Part shown: piece by piece, positions 21,481 through 33,299 of the stretch
Layout of the letters: each line of letters starts with the position of its first letter
Position numbering within the stretch: position 1 is the stretch's first letter
Assembly (NCBI GenBank): GCA_000697455.1
Contig: JNET01028359.1
Coordinates: 1-33,299, forward strand
Source: Basidiobolus heterosporus B8920
Taxonomy: Eukaryota
Direction of reading: 5' to 3'
Length of the DNA stretch: 33,299 nt
Made by a program: the position numbers and the translations under genes
The notes under the pieces: generated by a model
The model's input: the letters and a program-made list of their open reading frames with translations, nothing else
Database searches by the model: none
Told to the model about the DNA's origin: nothing

Positions 21481-24049
21481 TCAACGACGACGTCTATTCC
21501 TCTTTCTCTTACGACCCTTCACTCTTTCTAAGGTATTTGGTGGATCTTCTAGTATATCGTCATTTGTAGATACACAGAAAAGGGCTAGAAGCGGGTCCGC
21601 GTCTGGATTGACTTCTCTCCCCTCCTCATATTCGCCAGCATTATGAATATGTGAATCAAGTACAGGATATAATAACGGTGAACAACCATGGTTTATAACA
21701 ATCTTTCCCGTTGAATTTTTCTTGGCGACATTGAGCGTGTGGTCACTCAACAATGTAGTGTTTGGTGTTTTCATTGCTGATGACACAGAAAGCTTCGGGG
21801 CGCTTGTACGGCGTCGACTACGCCGAAAGGTTCCGATGGGGATACGATCCCATCGGGACAATGCTTGCAAATACTCTTGGTACTGTTTGGAGCTCGGTTC
21901 GGGGGAAGGTGACCGGGACGAGGATGAACTGTAAAGTTTTTCGGTGTCTACCACCTCATCAATCGGAATAATCGTAGGGAGATCCATTTCAGCCGCCGTT
22001 GAGCTATTCCTTCGTCGCTTTCCTACTTGAGCCTAGAGTAATAAAGCATAGGATTTCAATAGGTGGCTTTGTAGTGTTGTCAAAATAGAGAAAACTTACA
22101 ATAGAATTACACGAAGTTTGCGGATGAAGTCTGGGTTGCGTGGATGTCGGTAATCCACTTGAGGTTTCGTTAACGACATTGGATCTAGAGTAGAATTGCT
22201 GGCTAAGACAGGGCTCGGATGATAACGAGGGAGACAATGGTTTAAGCGATGCGCTATTTGATTCGTCAAGCTGTTGAGCAGACATGAGTATAGAATTGGC
22301 AGATGTTGTCAGGGTGGAATTATTAGCAGTTGCGAAATCCGACGATGACTCCGATGTTGTAGCGAAGCCAGATATGCTTTTGAAAGGGATCGACGACTTC
22401 AACATAACAGAATGACTATCGTAATCAGCAGTGAAAGATAGATGATGAGTTTCCCCCATCAGTAGTCTCGATATATCTGATTGGGATTCAGCACTATCTG
22501 AAGACTCAGTGTCGGACCATCCTGATGGAAAGTCCGAATATTCCTCAAAGCTAGATGACTCCCATCCTGATCGTGTGAAAGGCGGCTCCTCGACTAGATC
22601 ATCTTTGATTTCAACCGTATTTTCGTTAAACTCTAGCGGAATCTCTGGCATATCATCAGAATCCAATGTCTCCGAGCTGTCGGTTAATCCTTCGATATCA
22701 ACAAAATCAGAAGACACACAACTAAGTGATTCTAGCTCGTCTTCGCGAGGATCGTCTACTTCTATATCTACTACCAGATTCGTGTCACTCTAGAAATTAC
22801 AATTGATTATTAAGTATAGTTTCCAGTGTCGAGTTTCTAAAAGAGCTAATTACTTCTCCTTCGGACTTTGAGGATTTAGCGTCTTTCTTGACATCTCTCG
22901 GTGGTGATTTTACTCTCCGGCTCTTCCTTTTGCTTTGCGGAGGATTTCTTGCTTTACTTCGTTTGCTGAGCTTGGTCTTCCTCCGAGATTTCGTCCATTC
23001 CTTTTTATCCTCTGAATCATCCGAGTCAGTCGTTATCGATAATGCGCTAATAGAGAGACGACGCCGACGGGTAGGGGCTTTTTTACGCGATGTCAAGTTT
23101 GAATCGGATCTAGTGTTGTCCTTTTGAGACGTTACTTTCTTGACGTTACTTCCCATTCCACAAGTACATTCAAGCTCACACACAGGGCATATGTCGTCTC
23201 CATCTCCATCAAAATCATCCTCAAGTACATCTATAGTTTCTTCCAAATCTGAACTTGCCTCTAACTTGACGATAGACCCCAAGACCTCCGGCGATTGAGG
23301 CCGCTTAGAACAACCTAAAACAGAGAATGAATAAGATTATCTGGTTATAAAAATAGTAGTGGAAGCCTCAAGCAATACCTGAGAGTCGTTTGGCCTGTAT
23401 CTTGTTATCCTCGCTTAAAATCACAGAACCAGGATGAAGCATAGACCTATTTAGAGAAGTCAGACAAACTGTACAGTAGTGATGTTGGTCGACGCTGCTG
23501 TCATCCGGAGTCAATCCGACACATTCCCCATGAAACCATTCTGTATGAAAATAAAACAACTTTAACTCGATATTCGTATCGCGAGAAATAGGTATAATAT
23601 AGGCTACCTTGACAACCATCACATTCAACCATCAATTCGACACCGTCATAACCATTTCGACAAAAGCAATATACGGGTTGACCTTGTGAATCGGCTTTAA
23701 TCGGCCGAGATACCGGTTTAAGTGAATAATCGAGGTCTTCGTCAGAATGAACCCAATTCTTTGAAGTAGAATCAGGAGAAGATTTTTCTTGGGGAAAGGT
23801 ACTTTTCGTTGCGGATATTTGAGAAGTATAAGGAGCTTTTCTTGAATAGTTGGAGGGGATTTTTCGAGGTTGTGTTTGAAGATGCTCGGAATCATCCTCT
23901 TCATCGTCGGAAGAGAGTGAGGAATTGGTTGACACTTCACTATCGGAAATGTTGACCTCTTCCCGTGAGTACGTACTTACTTGATTACGAAACCGTGTAT
24001 TATTCAAAGGGAAATTTATGTCTCGAGTGCTCATAGCAGCAACCAACAT
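21481..24049 (-). CDS. PHD-finger nuclear protein (~768 aa, 5 exons: 24049-23608, 23540-23379, 23314-22854, 22789-22100, 22032-21481)
   Basis: The PHD YCFCRNGYDGVELMVECDGCQ|EWFHGECVGL..YCTVC spans intron 1. All four introns are GT-AG and join five ORF-track fragments in frame. There are long acidic/Ser tracts and a basic NLS-like C-terminus. Confidence 0.87.
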
Positions 24050-24299
24050 TTCCGTTCGAAACTCTATCCACTTTATTGACGTTTGTAAAACCTGACAAAC
24101 TCCTTGAGCCGTGTTGTTCGAGTTATAATACAGTGAGCGTGGTGATTATCGCTCTTTAGGTGGATGGTGGTGTCTAATTTTCTTATAGAGTTGCAGTGTT
24201 TTCTATGTGACGAAAGATATGGGACTTGATATTTTCGAGAGAAAGCCACCTAGACTTCAAAAAAAATAGAAACTAGGACGATTATTATCTTGTTTAACG

Positions 24300-24670
24300 A
24301 AGTTTGCAACTCTAGAGATCATCAGATAGTAGAAGCATTGTAATTCGTTGAGAGCATTATACCAAAGATAATTTTTTATCGCAGAAAAAAGGATTTTTTA
24401 AGAAATGTTGATTAGGTTTTGATTTAGGTTGTACTCACGTAAACCGACATGTTGTGGACTAAGATTCATGGCTATCACGTATCTGTCCAAAAACTCATTG
24501 AAGTTCAAAAAGATCCTCTCAACTTTATGAACTACTGACCATACTAACCCTGGTATTTCTTTTAATATTACAAGTTTACGTTCAAGAAAATCTTGTGTGT
24601 GCGTGTGGCTCGTATCACTTTTCTGTAAAGCAAGAGTTACTATCGAAAAGGCACCATCTTCTATATTACA
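24300..24670 (-). pseudogene. Possible highly decayed protein-kinase fragment
   Basis: Collinear degenerate motifs IEDGAFSIVTLA (Gly-loop-like), FLERKLVILKEI (helix-C-like), YVIAM..GLREY, and downstream MLLLSDDL*SCKL. No intact VAIK, HRD or DFG. Confidence 0.3.
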
Positions 24671-24989
24671 AGTCATTGAACACCAACAGTAACTAATATC
24701 TGACAGTGCGTTGAAATAGGTAATACCGTAATATAGAAATGATTTACAGGAAATCGAGTAACAGATCCGCACTTCGGGCTATAGGAAGGCACCCCCAATC
24801 TAGGCCCAATATTTGTAATCAATTTACCAAATTCTATCACTATTATAAATGATATCCCAATCACAAGTGTTACTTCTGTGTTAATTTTTTACGAAACACC
24901 ATAGTGGTAGAGGAGGTACCCTGGGGTTTTGACTTTCGTAAATACTCAGCTTTGCCTCCCTTCTGAGCAGTTCACCTCTTTTTGCAGTC

Positions 24990-26404
24990 ATGAATTTATC
25001 TAGCAAACGTATCAGCTCAACTCTGTGGAGCCTTGGAAGGTAAGTTTCGTGAAGACTTAGTCCTTGGCGGTAGTTTTCACTAATTTTTTGTCTGGTCTGA
25101 AATTTAGCCGCCACTGTGCATACTCTTTAAAAAAGAGCTCTATTAGAGCAGGTCTTCATACCAAGCCGCAGATTTTGAAGTCTAATGTCTCAATTCCGAC
25201 AACTGTCGCAGCTGTAGCTCTCGGTGCAGGTTTAGGATACTATCAACTAGTAAGCTTTTTTGTTAAACTAATTACTTAATATATATTTCATAACCCCAGT
25301 TATCATAGAATAAAGTTTCTCACTCCGAACAGCAAAAAACACCAATTACTACCACTATGAAAAAGACTGAAAAGTTGCCGGTACAAGTTTGCTATTCTTC
25401 GTTCACGTTTATCCTGCTTGCTAACTCAAGAATATCAGACATATGACGAGCTTCTTCCTAATGTCGAAGTAAGCGAACACTCACCTATGCGTGAGCGTAT
25501 GTCGAATTATATCCAAACTTTACAATACAACATTGTGAAAAAGCTCTCTGAAGTGGACGGAAAACCTTTCCTAGTTGATAAATGGACACGCCCTACTGGT
25601 GGAGGAGGTACGACCTGTGTTATCCAAGATGGCAATGTCTTTGAAAAAGGTGGTGTGAACGTCTCGGTGATTACTGGCACCCTCGCTGATGCGACTATAC
25701 GCAATATGCGCTCACGTGGAAAGGAGTTGAAGGGGGACGGGCCATTCTATTATTTTGCAGCCGGGCTCTCTTTAGTCCTTCATCCCCATAATCCTATGGC
25801 GCCCACTGTACATCTAAATTATAGATATTTTGAAGTGAATGATGAAAAGGGACAATTGATTTGCTCATGGTTCGGCGGTGGCTCAGATCTTACGCCGAGT
25901 TACTTGTTTGAAGAGGATGCGGTCCACTTCCATACCACGTTAAGGTCTACCTGTGATAAGCATGATCCTGAATACTACCCAAGATTCAAAAAATGGTGCG
26001 ATGAATACTTCCATCTACCGCATCGTGGTGAATCCCGCGGTATTGGTGGAATCTTTTTTGATGATTTAGCCTCAGCCAACCAAAATCAAACCTTCAACTT
26101 CCTACGCGACTGCGGTGATTCTTTTCTTGATGCGTATGTACCAATTTTGGAGCGTCGCAAGGACATGGCATTTACTGAAGAAAACAAGCGCTGGCAACAA
26201 CTTCGTCGTGGGAGATATGTGGAATTCAACTTGGTCCACGACAGAGGTACAAAATTCGGTCTTTTAAACCACGGCACAAGAATCGAAAGCATCTTGATGT
26301 CTTTGCCTTTGACTGCCAGGTGGGAATACGAGCACCAGCCCGAGCCCAATTCCAAGGAGCAAGAACTGTTAGACACTTTAAAAGCCACCAAGGATTGGAT
26401 CTAG
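24990..26404 (+). CDS. HEM13: Oxygen-dependent coproporphyrinogen III oxidase with N-terminal mitochondrial-type extension, 4 coding exons
   Basis: Core motifs GNVFEKGGVNVS, HPHNPMAPTVHLNYRYFE, WFGGGSDLTP, RGIGGIFFDD, WQQLRRGRYVEFNLVHDRGTKFGL and RIESILMSLP. Three upstream exons from ATG 24990 splice in frame. Confidence 0.95.
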
Positions 26405-26427
26405 GTTCTAGGCTCTAGGATCTAGGA
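26400..26427. repeat. Tandem (TCTAGGN)x4 overlapping the HEM13 stop codon
   Basis: TCTAGGT TCTAGGC TCTAGGA TCTAGGA. Confidence 0.8.
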
Positions 26428-26595
26428 TTAGACAGCAGACAGCATTCAGAGAATGTTTCATTTATTAAAAGTACTTATGTTGAACCAAGATTTATGCACG
26501 TCTTATTAAGAATTCCTTGATGTGATATGTAGTAAAATGACGGAACAAATCCGGAAATACGACGCAATCTGATGCCAAGGGTCAGATAATTCCGA

Positions 26596-26630
26596 GGATT
26601 AAATAGGGCGGATTAAATAGTGCGGATTAA
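26596..26630. repeat. Tandem 14-mer (GGATTAAATAGKGC)x2.5
   Basis: GGATTAAATAGGGC GGATTAAATAGTGC GGATTAA. Confidence 0.8.
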
Positions 26631-27234
26631 CAACTTCACATTTCCCGGTAGTGGAGCTGAACTAAACTATATGATATGAATGGAAACTAAACTATGCATA
26701 ATACGAATGGCAACGAAACCGTATTTAATATATACTTACTCATTCGATATAGAAATTAGTATAACTTCTTGAGTCAAAAATATTGAGCCAAGAGAAAATG
26801 AAATGGACTCAACAATTTTGGCATAGCTTGGCGTGTGATCTGATGCATGTCGTAATCGAATTACAAAGAAAAATGGAACAAGCATCAGGCTTAGACGGAA
26901 CTGCAGCCAAGTGAAGGTAGCTTTGTCTGAGGATCCAACTGATACTTTGACAGCCAACCATTGCTCACCAAACGCGACTAATGGATGAAGGCTCCGTAAT
27001 TCTATTTCATATCAATGCCGATAATTCATGATGTTATCGATATGCATGTCCTGCCCAATGGCCACCAAGTATTTCAGCACCCTAATTTTACCAATAGAGT
27101 CTAGATAAGGTTAGAGATCATGAATGAAATCATTTCTAGAACATTGTCAGGAAATAGACGAGTATTTTTATGATTTAGATTGATCGAAAAATAATTTCAT
27201 CAAGTGTCTCTGATCTTGGGATAATAAGAAAAAC

Positions 27235-27242
27235 TATAAAAG
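27235..27242 (+). promoter_or_regulatory. TATA box upstream of the cyclin gene
   Basis: TATAAAAG about 80 bp upstream of ATG 27320. Confidence 0.45.
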
Positions 27243-27319
27243 AAAAATGCTGTGCTGCTCCATCAATTAACTGATTAAGCGTTTATTCCTGCTGAATTTG
27301 CCAGTCTCACCGATACACA

Positions 27320-28135
27320 ATGAACACTTTATATTCATATCCAAATCCCAATACAAATCCATTTGTTTCGATGACTTCATACGAACCATCCTTTACAACG
27401 CCATACTCGAGTGGCTATCAAAGCAACATCCACGAAAGTTATCCAAACTCCATAGAGCTGTTTCTTGAAACAACTGCCCGGAACAATCCCACAGTACTTG
27501 CTGACCTTGTGTCTAGTATTACTTGCTCTCTTCGCCACTCAACCATTATTAGCTGCAACTCACCTAACCCAGTAAGTGCAGAGTTCCGTGAGTTCTGTCG
27601 CGGACTCTTACGTCGTGCACAGCTTTCTACACGAGTCATAATAATAGGGTTTCAGTATTTATACCGCCTTTGTAAGCAAGCACCGGGCCTATGTGCTCAA
27701 GTTGGATCAGACCGTCAATTACTGACTGTGAGCCTATTACTTGGTATGAAATACCATGAAGATATTCCTTACTACAATGGAACTTGGAGTAAACTATCTG
27801 GAATACCACTGTCGATACTTAATTCCTTAGAAATGAACGTACTGGAAATCTTGAAGTTTGACTTGTATTTTTCCGGAGAAGAGTACGAAAGATGGATCTG
27901 CGAGCTCGAGAAAATGACCAGATTGATCAGAAACCCTTTCGCACAGTACGTACATCGCCAAGAACAATCTATTCCCCAAGGTTTACCCTTGCCACTACCA
28001 TATCAACAAGCCATCCCTGTATCGAACTGTCCACAACTCGGCAACGCACAATCTTGCGATTGTAAACTGGATTCCTGTAACGATCTGGTGCCATGTCCAT
28101 TACATTTGTCTGAGTACTACCCAAGTTTGTTGTAA
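27320..28135 (+). CDS. Pho80/PCL-family (Pho85-type) cyclin, intronless, 271 aa
   Basis: Cyclin box FREFCRGLLRRAQLS..YLYRL..RQLLTVSLLLGMKYHEDIPYYNGTWSKLSGIPLSILNSLEMNVLEILKFDLY matches the PCL pattern (L.LA.K..DD..Y.N..W..SG....LN.ME..FL..L.F.L). Confidence 0.88.
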   Translation: MNTLYSYPNPNTNPFVSMTSYEPSFTTPYSSGYQSNIHESYPNSIELFLETTARNNPTVLADLVSSITCSLRHSTIISCNSPNPVSAEFREFCRGLLRRAQLSTRVIIIGFQYLYRLCKQAPGLCAQVGSDRQLLTVSLLLGMKYHEDIPYYNGTWSKLSGIPLSILNSLEMNVLEILKFDLYFSGEEYERWICELEKMTRLIRNPFAQYVHRQEQSIPQGLPLPLPYQQAIPVSNCPQLGNAQSCDCKLDSCNDLVPCPLHLSEYYPSLL

Positions 28136-28857
28136 TGATCTTCAACTTCATGTATTTTATTATCTTCCTTCTTCTACATATTACTACTAATCTAATACCC
28201 TTGATATGATTTATATTGTTGTAACATATGGACCTTAATTCATATTAAACTATGATACTCTATCTCACTAAAAAAGCTTCGAGTTGGTTATTGATTAATG
28301 TTGATCACATTATATATGATTGGAAGTTCAATTGACTCTGCTTATATGCCATTTACCGTTGGTACTATTGTTAGTATATCTGCTTAAATATCTGCTTAAA
28401 ATTAAATATCCCACTATACCTATCACTAAACTAACCATCAATAATGAAAACTAGTTTCAGAATAGATGAAACGAAATTGATCCAATCTCAACGAAGTCTT
28501 ACACATCCATAAATGACCGAAGGGGATCGACTGCTTATCACCGAAACGTTTATTTCAATGATTATGAAAGATACATAAGATACATCTAATACTTACAATG
28601 ATCTCTAACATCATTTGCATAACCTATCGAGCTACCAATGAAAAATGAACGAATTTATATTTCTATAATGAACCCAATATAGTCTAAATTTAGACTATTG
28701 GCGGTAGTTTTTTATTTCTATTAAAGAGAGGGGCCTGTTAAAAATGTAGATTCGGGATGAAATTTATACACGAGACATGTGATTGTGAGATGGTGCTATT
28801 CATCTCGATATGAAATGTAGTAATTATAAACAAGAATCCTTCGTCTGAGGTAAAAGG

Positions 28858-30506
28858 CTAAGCAGAATTTTGGCTATCTAACGTATTGATTCTATTTGAT
28901 GTACCAATGTTGCGTACATCATAGCCATTCTGTGCCAAATACTCTTTGAAAGCTTCATCCTCATCTTCAAGGCTATCCTTGGAAAGATCGGGGACGAAAA
29001 ACCATGCGATGATTGCTGCAAAAAGAGCTAGACAGCAACCAATGATGAATGGTGAGCGTTGTCCATTGATGGTGTTGGGACCACCAAAGGCGTCGGTGAT
29101 GGGCTTAAACGCAGCAGTGCCTACACTAGCACCAACCTTGCCTATGGCAGCAGAGATACCGTATGCAGTCCCACGAACAGCTGTAGGATAACTTTCTGTA
29201 CTTACGAGACCAATACAATCACCAGGCCCAAACTCACCAAATGCCAGATAGATACCATATAAAACCTAAAAACACTCTTAGATTTCTAGTCGAGTGATAT
29301 TTTTTGCATTCAAAAACTTACCACAAACAAAGGAAACTTGCTTTCCACCAACGGTTTATAAGCGATTCCTAAAGCGATGCCTACGATACCTTGCAAGGCA
29401 AAACCAATGGTCATGGTTCGTTTACGTCCGATTTTATCAGAGAAGTAAGCACCAGCGACTACACCAGGGAGGTAGAAAGAATAGAGGAGAAGATTCCACG
29501 TAGTTGTTTTCATTAATGAATCATCGGGTACGGCTTTGCTCAGAATAGTCGACGAGAACACTCCAGACGGGTAAGATATGAAGTCGTAAAAGAACCACAG
29601 GCCAGAAGTGGTTAAGATACGTGGCCAGTATCTCTTAAGGATAAGCAGATATGGAACATTGCGTTTGATTCCATCAGACTCGTATCGAGTTGAAGCCTTC
29701 ATTTTCAATCTAACTATGATGGCGTGTTACTGAGGATACTCTAAATCAGATTCTTATAAAATATATACTTACAGTAAAATACTGAAAGTGGCGGAATAGC
29801 ACCAAAGCCTAAAGAAATTCTCCAAATTGCCTCCCAGTTATCATGGAAAATGGACATTAGAATGATAGGGACTAACGCAGACAGAACGTATCCAAAATCA
29901 ATCACGAAGGTGGTAACCTGCATAAATGGATGAGTTAGAGCGATCAGTTAGCAATGAACATTTATGAATTAAACCTCTTACCATCACGAATAGACAACCA
30001 CGATTATTTGGTTTAATTTCGTCTGCTGACTCGCTAGCGCTTACGGAACTACATGGATACTCGCCGCCTACACCCACACCCAATATACCACGACATATGG
30101 TCAACATCCAGAGAAGCCCATGTACAGAGCCCCCAGCACCATACGATACAGAGGATAGAATTGCACCAACAATTACTAATGCAGTTGTAGACATCATGCC
30201 TACTTTTCTCCCAATTCTATCACATATCAGACCAAAGCCTAGCTGACCGATGATCATCCCCACAAACAAAGCATTACTGATTCTGGTGGATGCTTCAGCG
30301 GTGTATTCTTTAGGGTGAAGCTTTGCCAAGACCAAATTCACAAAACTGATGACTCCTGACTGATACCCATCCGAGAGCAAAGCAAATCCGGAGAATATGA
30401 CAGTGAAAAGAGCAGAGATACCATATTTTCTTCGTGTATGATGAGAGACCTCTTTCTCTTTTGGTTTAAAACTTACGGAATTGTATTCTGACTTGAAATC
30501 CGACAT
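28858..30506 (-). CDS. GIT1: MFS glycerophosphodiester/phosphate permease (Git1-like), multi-exon
   Basis: SGFALLSDGYQ, FGLICDRIGRK, GVGVGGEYPCSSVSASE, WFFYDFISYPSGVFSS, SDKIGRKRT, GEFGPGD..SESYPTAVRGTAYGISAAIGKVGA and EDEAFKEYLAQNGYD are typical of the Git1 clade. Confidence 0.9.
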
Positions 30507-32060
30507 CGTCGAGGCAGTTATGGAAAATTGGCTACTGAGGGAAAAGAATACAGTCTCGCAAGTTGAAGAGGTGGTATGGGGCAATTTATGTATTTTCATG
30601 ACTCTTAATGTGACTGATCGGTTTGCCTAAAATGAATGAGATTGTTGCGCTTCCTACATGGACAAGACGTCGAACAACCATAATTCTTTCTCGAGGAAAA
30701 CACAGTCAATCGATTGGTCTTGAAATGACCACAACATCGCGATTCCCGAGATCACTAAATAGCTACTTCTATGATAGTTAACAACTTCCCGGCCTCGACC
30801 AATACTTAGGGGTCACGTAACATCAATATTGTAACTAGTCATTCCATATCGGTCACAGGCAAAAAATCCCTAATATGGATGGCCTCATCTAAAGCCACAA
30901 AATCCCTCAGGAAATTCCCATTCATTTCATAAAACATTCCCAGCACGTTGAGCAGGTAGAATATACCATTGAATGCTGTATGTCAGGAAGCTAAAGCTAG
31001 AAGTATATGGTTGCGGAATAGGCGGAAAAAAGACAAGTTGAAACGAATCGTACAACTGGTCTAACACACATGGCTGTATGGAGATAAAGTTCTGGAACTA
31101 TTTTCATGATAGTCGTGAGGAAAATTCGAAAATACATGGTAACGAAACTCATGGAATTTTCAAGCGATTTCTGCAATATCACACTTGCCAGGTCCAGAGA
31201 TTTGAGTTGTTGGGTTAATTCATATATGACAAGTGCACCATCCTTATCTCTTTTATCATCTGATAACCGATATGACTACCGTATTCGATAGAAATTCGAG
31301 AAAAGCTACATATGAAATAAGTTCTTACTAAATCGTCCGCACTTTTGGAATTGCTTAGCTCGCTTGTCACTGGTAAACCAGAAATCCTCAGCTACGTGAG
31401 TTTAGGCTGCATTTCTCAACTATTGACTAGCAATTTTCACGTGTGAAATTTTCCCGATTTGAGAACAGATCGAACAAATACTGCTATCAGTACTGCCTGG
31501 GTAATATAGCTCATTTCCCGAATTCGTATAAATGAACATAATGTCTATATATATAATAATACAAACTCGGTATCGGGTTACTAATTAGCCACATTTTTAC
31601 CACATCAAGGGTTTCTCATGAAATTTCTCGAAACTTTGGTTTGGAGGACCAGTTATTTACGTATTATTCCTGTATCAGTGATTTAGCGTTCGGCTTTATC
31701 ACGTTAGCTGATTGGATTCGGCTCGCTAGTTTTAGAAGGTCCCAGTACGTACTTGTTACATTCACAATTATAAACTGCCGCTAAGATAGTGCTCTCTGCC
31801 ACGACCCTACCTCTACCTCTAACTCTGCCTCATAACTTGTAAAGTGTGTCATGTTCAATGAGATATTGGTTAAGGTTTATTCTTCATTACATTGCATGTC
31901 CACAACATGGGCCATGAAACATTTGGCATGATTATTAAAAATGATGAATAAAAATAATACAAGAAATAGATTGAGTACAAAAATATCGAAGATTTGGTAA
32001 TTATTTAGATTGTCTGTTGAAATCAAACAGCCAATGTTTGCATATGAGCCATGAAGGTAA

Positions 32061-33299
32061 TCAACGGCGTGAGCTTCTATGGGGTGCGCTGCCTGCCGAA
32101 TATAGCTGTCGAGGTGGGTTGATCAATCTATGTGGTGCTTCATCATCACGTGGCTCATCTTTAACGATTTGCACATCATCATCAGAGGATCCTTTTCCGG
32201 GCTCGCGCTTAACTATAATATCGTCATCTGGTGGTGCCACTCGTCCGGGGGTGCGGACGGCGGTTTGTGGTTTTCTACGTGATTGGGGCTGAGGTGGACT
32301 CTCAGGCTCTGTGTCGTTGAGATCCTCTCTGAAACGCTTGATCGGTTGGACTCTGTTTTTCAAGTGGGATGGTAGGCGATGCTTTCTGTTTACCAGATGA
32401 ACTTGGTCGTAGTCATAGTTATCGATATTTAGGACGAACTCCATCATATGATTGTAAGTTATGGTGTTGAACCGGATATCGATAAACTCACTACGCACAT
32501 GTTTGCGCATTTGAAGAAGGTCGTTTTTCAACTGTTCCAGGGTTCTTTCAGGATAACGGGCAATAATATAGCCAAACATAACAAACTCGATGGGTGCCAT
32601 GATGGTCGGTACGAAGAAAATGTCCTGAGAGTCTTCTACAAGCTTGCTATATTTTGCAAAAGTATCAGTACATCTAGCCCGAAATTCGGGATCGATGGTG
32701 ATGTTTGTTCTGAGGAATTTCTCGATATTACTGGCGCTAGACTGCATCTTTATAGGTTCGTAGTAAATCATATGTATGGTTTGTGCAACAAGTAAATAAG
32801 GACGTGCACGACGATTGTCCATAATCTCTAAAACACGGGGATATTCGTCTAAGACCGTACGAACAAATTGGGCTAAAGGCGTAGCAACAGCTTGAAGTTT
32901 TTCGGCTGTGGTAAGGGCAACCCCCATTTGTACTCTTGAGAAAATTTCATTCTAAACAAACATTTAGTCGACGTCAACGGGTGTGATTGCTGACCTTTCA
33001 CATACCTCTTGTTCCATAGTCAAGCCATAATACTCGACACAAATAAGTTCTGAGTAACGGAAATCCTCGCGTTCACGTTCAGTTAAAACGTGTCTTCGGT
33101 TTATGGTGGGATCCTCATTAAACCAACGTTTGACAGTGGTTGGACTGTTTGGATCAATATGGGGAATGTCATTATTCATAAAGCTATACACCATAAGTAG
33201 TTAGAAACGTGGAGTGTTTTGTGAAAAAGGTAAAGAATTAATACCGTCTGATGGAGGATAAACGTTGTTTTCCATCAATGCATACTTTTAAGAGTCTTC
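32061..33299 (-). CDS. DUF262 (GmrSD/SspE N-terminal, ParB/Srx-like) domain protein; 5' end beyond the window; visible exons >33299-33245, 33183-33006, 32951-32061
   Basis: Spliced translation ..KVCIDGKQRLSSIRRFMNNDIP....YYGLTMEQENEIFSRVQMGVALTTAEK shows the DGxQR motif and the downstream E-I-F-x-R-x-(N/Q)-x-G-x-x-L-x-x-x-E motif of DUF262. Two GT-AG introns keep frame. Confidence 0.82.

Noticed and set aside
30997..31291. Two overlapping 61-aa ORFs upstream of GIT1
   Set aside because: Short, no recognisable motif or consistent splice model; likely non-coding.

Overview
Gene-dense, intron-rich eukaryotic DNA. The short GT-AG introns and gene content point to a fungus, probably an early-diverging lineage; the species cannot be determined from this window. 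I can support about 19 protein-coding genes, most needing manual splicing because the ORF track fragments them. In order: NAP/SET histone chaperone (-), TRM82 (+), TFB5 (+), two tandem intronless ankyrin-CCCH zinc-finger paralogs (-), a single-pass membrane protein (-), frequenin/NCS-1 (-), ATP23 (+), a copine-type tandem-C2 protein with no vWA domain (+), a TBRG1-like FYRN/FYRC protein (+), ARPC2 (+), ribosomal uL1 (-), a small secreted Kre9/KNH-like protein (-), an orphan ORF (+), a PHD-finger protein (-), coproporphyrinogen oxidase with a mitochondrial-type presequence (+), a Pho80/PCL-family cyclin (+), a GIT1-like MFS permease (-) and the 3' part of an intron-containing DUF262 (GmrSD/SspE-type) gene (-). 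Non-coding structure includes a long CpG-depleted inverted repeat at the left edge (likely foldback/MITE), a decayed tandem copy of TRM82 that TFB5 appears to sit inside, and several short tandem repeats sharing a GATAAA core. No tRNA, rRNA or CRISPR array was found. The strongest novelty candidates are the ANK-CCCH pair with an unnamed conserved C-terminal motif, the nuclease-less eukaryotic DUF262 protein, and the TFB5-in-TRM82-relic arrangement. All alignments and splice models were done by eye with no database searches.
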